Positions 57,773-64,000 of a stretch of DNA of 64,000 bases are shown in pieces (position 1 is the stretch's first letter; each line of letters begins with the position of its first letter). Source of the DNA: Myxococcota bacterium (GTDB taxonomy: Bacteria; Myxococcota; JACRCW01); assembly GCA_040752415.1 (NCBI GenBank), contig JBFMGU010000022.1, forward strand, positions 163-64,162, given 5' to 3'. Both the position numbers and the translations under genes were made by a program. Below the pieces are notes generated by a model, which searched no databases, was not told the origin of the DNA, and was given only the letters and a program-made list of their open reading frames with translations.

Positions 57773-58074
57773 AGGCCGGTTCTCCACCGCGCTGAATCGA
57801 TCGGTCCGGTCGCAGCGCGTGCCGATTGATGTCGTCAAGACGGCGCCGGCCGGGCTGACCATTGCCGGCCACCTGCGGATGTGCTTACGGCTGTGCCAGG
57901 CGTCGTTTCAAAAGAGCCGCACCCAATCTCATTGGCAGGGAACGCGGCCATCCCAAGACAGCGGCACCGCGCTACTGGAGGGTCCTCGTCGGGCAAGGCG
58001 TCAGGATGGGAACCACACCCACTGCTTTGCCCCTCCGCGCGGCGCTTGCCATGATGCGCTCAGCGGAGGCCAGC

Positions 58075-61000
58075 ATGGAGAGGCGTGCATTCGTCGTGGC
58101 GGCGGCGGTGGGGATCCTGACGGGAGCGGGTTGCCCCCCGTCGGGCTCGGTGGGGCAGGACAACGACGTTCCCGTGGTCACCATCCTGGCGCCTGCCGAG
58201 GGAGCGCGGTTTGACGCCGGGAGCGAGACGATCTTCTGCGCCTCCGTCACCGACGCCGACCCTCCGGAATCCATCCACTACCTGCTGAGCAGCAACCGCG
58301 ACGGCGTGATCTGGGACTCCGAGCTGGATCCCGCGCTCGTCGGTGGGTCGTGTGACGGCGGGCAGGGGAACGTGGCGGTGTCCCTGCGCAGCCTCTCGGG
58401 CGGGCTGCATACCGTGACCCTCACCGTGTGGGACTCCCTGGGGGCCACCGCGCGCGCCACGGTGGCGTTCACGGTGGTGGACAATGACGTCGGTGCGCCC
58501 ACGTGCTCCATCCTCAGCCCCCTGGGCGGCACCCAGGTGCTGCAAGGCGAGAATCTCAAGGTGGTGGCCCAGATCAACGACAGCACCGCCAGCGTCTCCA
58601 TCCTCAGCCGGCGGTTCACCAGCAGCCTCGACGGTGACCTCGGTGAAGGAGTCCTCGCCGACAACGGGATTGTCACGCTGGAGACCACCGCGCTCTCGGC
58701 CGGGGACCACTTCGTGGCGCTGCTGCTCACCGACCCCCGGCAGCGCACCGGCTCCTGCGGCATCCCCGTGAGCGTGCTGGCGTGCGTGGACGAGGACAAT
58801 GACGGCGTCACCAACTGCGACGGGGATTGCGACGACACCAACGGGGTCCGCAGCCCCAACATCGCCGAGCGCGCCGACGGGCAGGACAACGACTGCGACG
58901 ACGTGGTGGACGAGGGCACCTCCCTCTATGACGACGACGGCGACGGCTTCAGCGAGCTGCGCGGCGACTGCGACGACACCAACCCCGCCATGCAGCCCCG
59001 CTCCAGCGAGGATGGCGGCGACGGCGACAACGCTCCCGACGGCGTGGACAACAACTGCAACGGCATCATTGACGAGGGCACCACCGGATACGACGACGAC
59101 AGCGACGGCTACTGCGAAGGGACCTCCCCGCTGGGCTGCACCGACGGGAGCACCCCCGGCGACTGCGACGACGCCAACCCCCGGCTGCACCCCGGCAAGG
59201 TGGAGCTGTTGTGTGACGGCGTGGACCAGGACTGTGACGGGCTGGATGACGACGCTCCCGACGCGGATGACGACGGCGCCGACGTGTGCGACGCGTCCAC
59301 GCCGGGAGACCGGGATGCCCGTGACGCCGACTGTGACGACGCGGATGCCACGGCGCACCCGGACGCGCTGGAGATCACCTGCGACAGCGTGGACCAGAAC
59401 TGCAATGGCAGCGCGGATGATGCGCCCGACGCGGACCAGGATGGTCACGACATCTGCGACGCGGTGGAGCGCGGGGACCTGGACGGGCTGCCGCGGGATT
59501 GCGCGGACCAGGATGCCACGGTGCATCCCTTTGCCGCCGAGACCGGGGACGGCCGCGACGAGGACTGTGACGGCCTCACCGACGAGGGAACCAGCGCCAC
59601 CGACGACGACCGCGACGGGTACTGCGAGGCGGGCTGCGTGGACGGCTCCCAGCCGGGCGACTGCCACGACGGGCAACCGCTGGTGTACCCCGGCGCGCCC
59701 GAGCTGACCGACGGGCTGGACAACGACTGCAACCTGCTCGTGGATGACGGTACGCCGCTCCATGACGACGACGGGGATGGCTACAGCGAGGCGCAGCAGG
59801 ACTGTGATGACGCACACCCCGGCGTGTACCCGGGCGCCGGCGAGTCCGCCGACGGGCTGGACAACGACTGCGACGGCATCGTGGATGACGCCACCGCGGT
59901 GTTTGATGACGACCGCGACGGGCTCAGCGAGGCGCAGGGGGATTGCCACGACGGCGATGTGACCATCCACCCCGGAGCGCCCGAGGTGTTGTGCGACGGC
60001 GTGGACCAGGATTGTGATGGCCTGCAGGACGACGCCCCCGACGGGGATGCCGACGGATACGACGCGTGCGCGGTGGATGACCCGGGGGACGGCGACGGGC
60101 AGGCGGCGGACTGTCGGCCCGGTGACCCGGATGCCCACCCCGGCGCGGCGGAGCTTCCCTGCGACGGCGTCGACCAGGACTGCGACGGGCTCCTCGATGA
60201 CGCGCCGGATGGCGACGGGGATGGCTACGACGTGTGCGACGCGGTGCAGCCGGGAGACGGGGATGGCCGCGGCGCGGACTGCGCCGACGCGGAAGGGACC
60301 GTGCATCCCTTTGCGCCGGAAGTGCCCGACGGGTTTGACCAGGACTGCGACGGCCTGCGGGACGAGGGCACCACCGCCTATGACGACGACGGGGACGGTT
60401 ATTGCGAAGCGGCGTGCCGGGACGGCTCCCAGCCCGGCGACTGCGATGACTCCCATCCGCTGCTGCACCCCGGCGCCACCGAGTACGCCGACGGGCTGGA
60501 CAACGACTGCAACGGCACCGCGGATGACAGCACGGTGCTGGTGGATGACGACGGGGACGGCTTCAGCGAGGCCCAGCTGGACTGCAACGACAACAACAGC
60601 GCCATCTACCAGGGCGCGCCCGAGCTGGCCGATGGACTGGACAATGATTGCGACGGCGTGGTGGACGACGGCAGCGCCAACTTTGACGACGACCGCGACG
60701 GCTACGCCGAGGTCGACGGCGACTGCGACGACACGGACTACGAGGCGCACCCCGGCGCGGTGGAGCGGCTGTGCGACGCGGTGGACCAGAACTGCAATGG
60801 CATGGGCGATGACGCACCGGACTCCGACGGCGATGGTCACGACGAGTGCGGACCCTCCGACCCGGGCGACACCGACGGGCTGGCGCGGGATTGCGCGCCG
60901 CGTGACCCCGACAGCCGGCCGGGCGCGCCCGAAGTGCGGTGCGACGGCGTGGACAACGACTGCGACGGTCTTGCCGACGATGCACCGGACGAGGACGGTG

Positions 61001-63072
61001 ACGGGTATGACGTCTGCAACGCCGTCCAGGCCGGTGACGGCGACGGCGTGCCCGCGGACTGCGCGGATGACGACGGGTCGGTGCATCCCTTTGCGCCGGA
61101 GCAGCCGGACGGCGAGGACCAGGACTGCGACCAGGTGAGCGACGAGGGCACCACCGCCTACGACGACGACCGCGACGGCTACTGCGAGACGGGGTGCACC
61201 GACGGCAGCCTGCCCGGGGACTGCGACGACGCGCACCCCCTGGTTTACGGCGGCGCGCCCGAGCTGGTGGATGGCCTGGACAACAACTGCGACGGCCGCG
61301 TGGACGACGGCACGGTGGTCTACGACGACGATGGTGACGGCTTCAGCGAGGCCGAGCTGGACTGTGATGATGCCAATGCCGTGGCCCATCCCGGCGCGCC
61401 GGAGCTGACCGACGGCGTGGACAATGACTGCGACGGGGTGGCGGACGACGGTACCGCCGTGTTCGACGACGACCGCGATGGCTTCAGCGAGGCGCAGGGT
61501 GACTGCGACGACACGCGCTACGAGATCCACCCCGGCGCCACCGAGCTGACCTGTGACGGCGTGGACCAGAACTGCACCGGCCCCGCCGACGACGCGCCGG
61601 ACCAGGACGGCGACGGCTACGACGAGTGCGCGCCCGCCGACGCGGGTGATTCCGACGGGCTGGCGCGTGACTGTGCCCCGCGGGACGCCCAGGCGTACCC
61701 CGGCGCCAGCGAGCTGCTGTGCGACGGCGTGGACCAGGACTGCGACGGGCTCTCCGACGACGCGCCGGACGGTGACAACGACGGCTACGACGTGTGCGCG
61801 CCGGCGCAGGAGGGTGACACCGACGGGCTGCCGGGAGATTGCGCGGACGGCGCGGCGGCCATCCACCCGGGAGCCTCCGAGCTGCCCGACGGCACCGACC
61901 AGGACTGCGACAGCGTGGAGGATGAGACCACGACCGCCTTTGACGACGACAACGACGGATACTGCGAGAGCGGCTGCACGGATGGGTCGCTGCCCGGCGA
62001 CTGCCAGGACGGCGATGCCTCGGTGAGCCCGGCCTCCCCGGAGTTCATCGACGGGAAGGACAATGACTGCAACGGCCTCAGCGACGACGGAACCGCCGTC
62101 TATGACGACGATGGTGACGGCTACACGGAGACGCAGTTGGACTGCAATGACGCCAACGCCGCCGTGTACCCCGGTGCGCCGGAGGACGGCGGGACCGGTA
62201 CCCTGCTCGGCAACGGCGTGGACAACGACTGCGACGGCTTCGTGGACGAGGGGACGCGGTCCTATGACGACGACGGCGATGGCTACTGCGAGCAGGCGTG
62301 CACCGACGGGAGCGTGGCGGGGGATTGCGCGGACGGAGCGTTCCTGGTGAACCCCGGCGTGGCGGAGGCCTGTGGGGATGGCGTGGACAACGACTGCGAC
62401 GGCAGCACCGACCAGCCTGACCTGGATGACGACGGGTTCGTGGATTCCGCCTGCGGCGGCAACGACTGCGACGACACCGACGCAACCACGAATCCCGACG
62501 GGACGGAGGTCTTCGACACCGCGGACAATGACTGCGACGGTACCTACGACGAGGGATTCATCACCGCGGGGATGGTGATCGTCTCGGAGATCATGAAGGA
62601 CCCCAACGCGGTGGGTGACCCGCTGGGTGAGTACATGGAGGTGTTCAACACCGGTAGCGCCGCGGTGAACCTCCACGGCTGGACGGTGCGTGACGACGGC
62701 GGAGACAGCTTCACGATTGGTGCGGACGTGATCGTGGCGGCGGGCGGGTACGCGGTGCTGGGGACGCTGGATGATCCCGGCAGCAACGGGGGCTACTCGC
62801 CGGACTACGTGTACAACTACAGCGCCGTGAACGGCATGCTCCTGGGCAACGCCGACGACGAGGTGGAGCTGGTCCACGACGGGAACGTCATCGACCGGGT
62901 GGCGTACCTGGGAGGCTCACCGTGGGTTGATCCCACCGGCGCCTCGCTTGAGCTCAAGCGGTCGCAGATGGACGCCACCGCCAACAACAGCGGCGCCAAC
63001 TGGTGCGCTTCGACCACGACGCTGAGCGGGGGAGACCGGGGAACGCCAGGCGCGCAGAACAGCTGTCCCTGA
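58075..63072 (+). CDS. Giant acidic secreted lipoprotein: 2 Ig-like domains, ~28 MopE-type 'putative metal-binding motif' repeats, C-terminal lamin-tail domain (LTD)
   Basis: GGAGG RBS, then MERRAFVVAAAVGILTGAGC lipobox. Repeats of the type D.DGDG...DC.D....(H/Y)PGA.E..DG.D(N/Q)DCDG..D. C-terminus IVSEIMKDPNAVGDPLGEYMEVFNTGSAAVNLHGWTVRD...ADDEVELV is LTD-like. Confidence 0.85.
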   Translation: MERRAFVVAAAVGILTGAGCPPSGSVGQDNDVPVVTILAPAEGARFDAGSETIFCASVTDADPPESIHYLLSSNRDGVIWDSELDPALVGGSCDGGQGNVAVSLRSLSGGLHTVTLTVWDSLGATARATVAFTVVDNDVGAPTCSILSPLGGTQVLQGENLKVVAQINDSTASVSILSRRFTSSLDGDLGEGVLADNGIVTLETTALSAGDHFVALLLTDPRQRTGSCGIPVSVLACVDEDNDGVTNCDGDCDDTNGVRSPNIAERADGQDNDCDDVVDEGTSLYDDDGDGFSELRGDCDDTNPAMQPRSSEDGGDGDNAPDGVDNNCNGIIDEGTTGYDDDSDGYCEGTSPLGCTDGSTPGDCDDANPRLHPGKVELLCDGVDQDCDGLDDDAPDADDDGADVCDASTPGDRDARDADCDDADATAHPDALEITCDSVDQNCNGSADDAPDADQDGHDICDAVERGDLDGLPRDCADQDATVHPFAAETGDGRDEDCDGLTDEGTSATDDDRDGYCEAGCVDGSQPGDCHDGQPLVYPGAPELTDGLDNDCNLLVDDGTPLHDDDGDGYSEAQQDCDDAHPGVYPGAGESADGLDNDCDGIVDDATAVFDDDRDGLSEAQGDCHDGDVTIHPGAPEVLCDGVDQDCDGLQDDAPDGDADGYDACAVDDPGDGDGQAADCRPGDPDAHPGAAELPCDGVDQDCDGLLDDAPDGDGDGYDVCDAVQPGDGDGRGADCADAEGTVHPFAPEVPDGFDQDCDGLRDEGTTAYDDDGDGYCEAACRDGSQPGDCDDSHPLLHPGATEYADGLDNDCNGTADDSTVLVDDDGDGFSEAQLDCNDNNSAIYQGAPELADGLDNDCDGVVDDGSANFDDDRDGYAEVDGDCDDTDYEAHPGAVERLCDAVDQNCNGMGDDAPDSDGDGHDECGPSDPGDTDGLARDCAPRDPDSRPGAPEVRCDGVDNDCDGLADDAPDEDGDGYDVCNAVQAGDGDGVPADCADDDGSVHPFAPEQPDGEDQDCDQVSDEGTTAYDDDRDGYCETGCTDGSLPGDCDDAHPLVYGGAPELVDGLDNNCDGRVDDGTVVYDDDGDGFSEAELDCDDANAVAHPGAPELTDGVDNDCDGVADDGTAVFDDDRDGFSEAQGDCDDTRYEIHPGATELTCDGVDQNCTGPADDAPDQDGDGYDECAPADAGDSDGLARDCAPRDAQAYPGASELLCDGVDQDCDGLSDDAPDGDNDGYDVCAPAQEGDTDGLPGDCADGAAAIHPGASELPDGTDQDCDSVEDETTTAFDDDNDGYCESGCTDGSLPGDCQDGDASVSPASPEFIDGKDNDCNGLSDDGTAVYDDDGDGYTETQLDCNDANAAVYPGAPEDGGTGTLLGNGVDNDCDGFVDEGTRSYDDDGDGYCEQACTDGSVAGDCADGAFLVNPGVAEACGDGVDNDCDGSTDQPDLDDDGFVDSACGGNDCDDTDATTNPDGTEVFDTADNDCDGTYDEGFITAGMVIVSEIMKDPNAVGDPLGEYMEVFNTGSAAVNLHGWTVRDDGGDSFTIGADVIVAAGGYAVLGTLDDPGSNGGYSPDYVYNYSAVNGMLLGNADDEVELVHDGNVIDRVAYLGGSPWVDPTGASLELKRSQMDATANNSGANWCASTTTLSGGDRGTPGAQNSCP
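59620..61959 (+). repeat. Exact 780-bp (260-aa, five-module) in-frame super-repeat, three full periods
   Basis: The Tyr codon of the D(G/R/N)DGYCE landmark sits at 59620, 60400, 61180 and 61960. All three spacings are exactly 780 bp. Shorter spacings flank the block (59110 and 62284). Confidence 0.9.
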
Positions 63073-63096
63073 CGCGGAGTGGCCTGCCCAAGCCGT

Positions 63097-64000
63097 TCAC
63101 GGTGCCGGCGCGGGCCCACACCCGTAGAAGAGGTGTTCGGGGGTGCCGTCCCCGTCGGTGTCGGAGTCGGGCAGGCTGGTGCAGCGCGGGTAGGGTTCCG
63201 CGTTGCCGTCGCCATCCCAGTCGCTGGTGTAGTTCTCCGGTGTCCAGCAGAAGCCCAGCGTGTCGTGCGCCGTCGTCGGGGTGTCCTCGAAGGTCCAGAA
63301 GTACTTGCATTCGTGGGTGAGCGCACCGCGGTTGGCGCAGGAGTACGGCGCGGTGCCGCCGGCGCCCGCCGTGTTGCCTGAATGGGTCTCCGCGGGCTGG
63401 CAGTACGCCACGCAGATGATGGGCGCGGATGTGTCCTGCGACGAGCGGAGCAACGGTGCGTAACCCGGCGCGCAGCCGTTCAGGTACGCCCCGCCGCCGG
63501 GCGGGCCAAACGCGATGTCATCCTGCTGATAGTCGCCGGGATTGGCCTGGATCTGCTGCGGAACCGGCACGCAGATGCCGTTCTCGTCATTGAAGCTCAT
63601 GTAGCAGGCGCGGGACCCGTCGGCGACGCCACAATTGGCAGCGGCGTCCAGGAGGCGAACCTGGGTGACCGGGTTGCACTGGAAGTCACACGCGCCATAC
63701 TTCGGCTCCTCACCAAACAGGCCGCCGTAGCGGTTGCAGATGGTACCGGCCTGGCAGTCGTCGGGCGCGAGGGTGCAGACCTCCTGGCAGAGGCCGGCGA
63801 TGCACACGTGACCGCCCTGGCAGTCGTCGAAGCCGGTGGTCTCGCCAGGCTCACCGTACGTGCACGCGCCGCCACGCGGTACGACGCCGTCCGCGGCACA
63901 ACCGACGTGACCCAGCGTCTCGCTGACGGTGATCCACGTGCACTTCTCGCCCACGTCGCATCCGGTGTTCAGCACCGGGTCGCACTCCGGCACGCCGCCT
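63097..64000 (-). CDS. Cys-rich secreted protein (5' end beyond the right edge of the window)
   Basis: Open minus-strand frame to the window edge. ...CDPVLNTGCDVGEKCTWI...CQGGHVCIAGLCQEVC...YCQPAETHSGN...DSDTDGDGTPEHLFYGCG. High GC3. No family recognised. The GTG at 63993 is probably internal. Confidence 0.6.
   Translation of the reverse strand, partial: GGVPECDPVLNTGCDVGEKCTWITVSETLGHVGCAADGVVPRGGACTYGEPGETTGFDDCQGGHVCIAGLCQEVCTLAPDDCQAGTICNRYGGLFGEEPKYGACDFQCNPVTQVRLLDAAANCGVADGSRACYMSFNDENGICVPVPQQIQANPGDYQQDDIAFGPPGGGAYLNGCAPGYAPLLRSSQDTSAPIICVAYCQPAETHSGNTAGAGGTAPYSCANRGALTHECKYFWTFEDTPTTAHDTLGFCWTPENYTSDWDGDGNAEPYPRCTSLPDSDTDGDGTPEHLFYGCGPAPAP

Noticed and set aside
57862-58074. Upstream extension of the giant gene (track start 57862)
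   Set aside because: GGAGG plus ATG 58075 gives a canonical lipoprotein signal (LTGAGC). The extension runs through repeat sub-units of the intergenic region.
58060-62877. 1605-aa minus-strand ORF opposite the giant MopE/LTD gene
   Set aside because: It stays open only because the sense strand is built from GAC/GGC/GAT/TGC codons, whose complements lack stops. The product is a V/A/G/H/R polymer, whereas the sense strand has a lipobox and repeat motifs.

Overview
This is a 64-kb, very GC-rich segment. Third codon positions are almost uniformly G/C, so the six-frame track is full of long antisense shadow ORFs.

Gene content points to a myxobacterial (Myxococcota) chromosome:
- AgmX/PglI-type C-terminal domains
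- a FimT-PilV-PilW-PilX-like minor-pilin operon
- an NtrC-type sigma-54 activator and a PAS hybrid histidine kinase
- many secreted Cys-, Ser- or Asp-rich lipoproteins

I call about 40 protein-coding genes plus 4 probable relics or frameshifted genes. I saw no rRNA, tRNA, CRISPR, transposase or phage genes.

Layout:
- Left third: housekeeping and signalling genes (Hsp70, asd, class III cyclase, dienelactone hydrolase, Mrp/ApbC).
- Middle: accessory secreted proteins, namely a GH23-like lysozyme domain fused to a 7-bladed PLL-type lectin propeller, an NHL propeller, two DUF4185-like genes and a Cys-rich surface protein.
- Right: a five-gene minus-strand Pfa-type (PUFA-synthase-like) operon at 37.4-56.5 kb. 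Its genes are ER; KS-MAT-3xACP-KR-DH; KS-CLF-AT-2xFabA-DH-PS-DH-like-AGPAT; Sfp-type PPTase; FabF.
- After the operon come a 1.5-kb repeat-packed non-coding region and a 5-kb gene for a MopE-motif/lamin-tail giant protein containing an exact 780-bp super-repeat.

The least explained signal is non-coding. At least six long, spaced, near-perfect inverted repeats (arms about 75-125 bp) sit in intergenic regions at 12.4, 21.3, 29.1, 34.1, 57.0 and 57.5 kb. Some share short sequence words, and one abuts a relic of an NtrC-like gene. I cannot assign them to an element class I know.

All functional calls come from motif recognition by eye; no database search or folding computation was possible.
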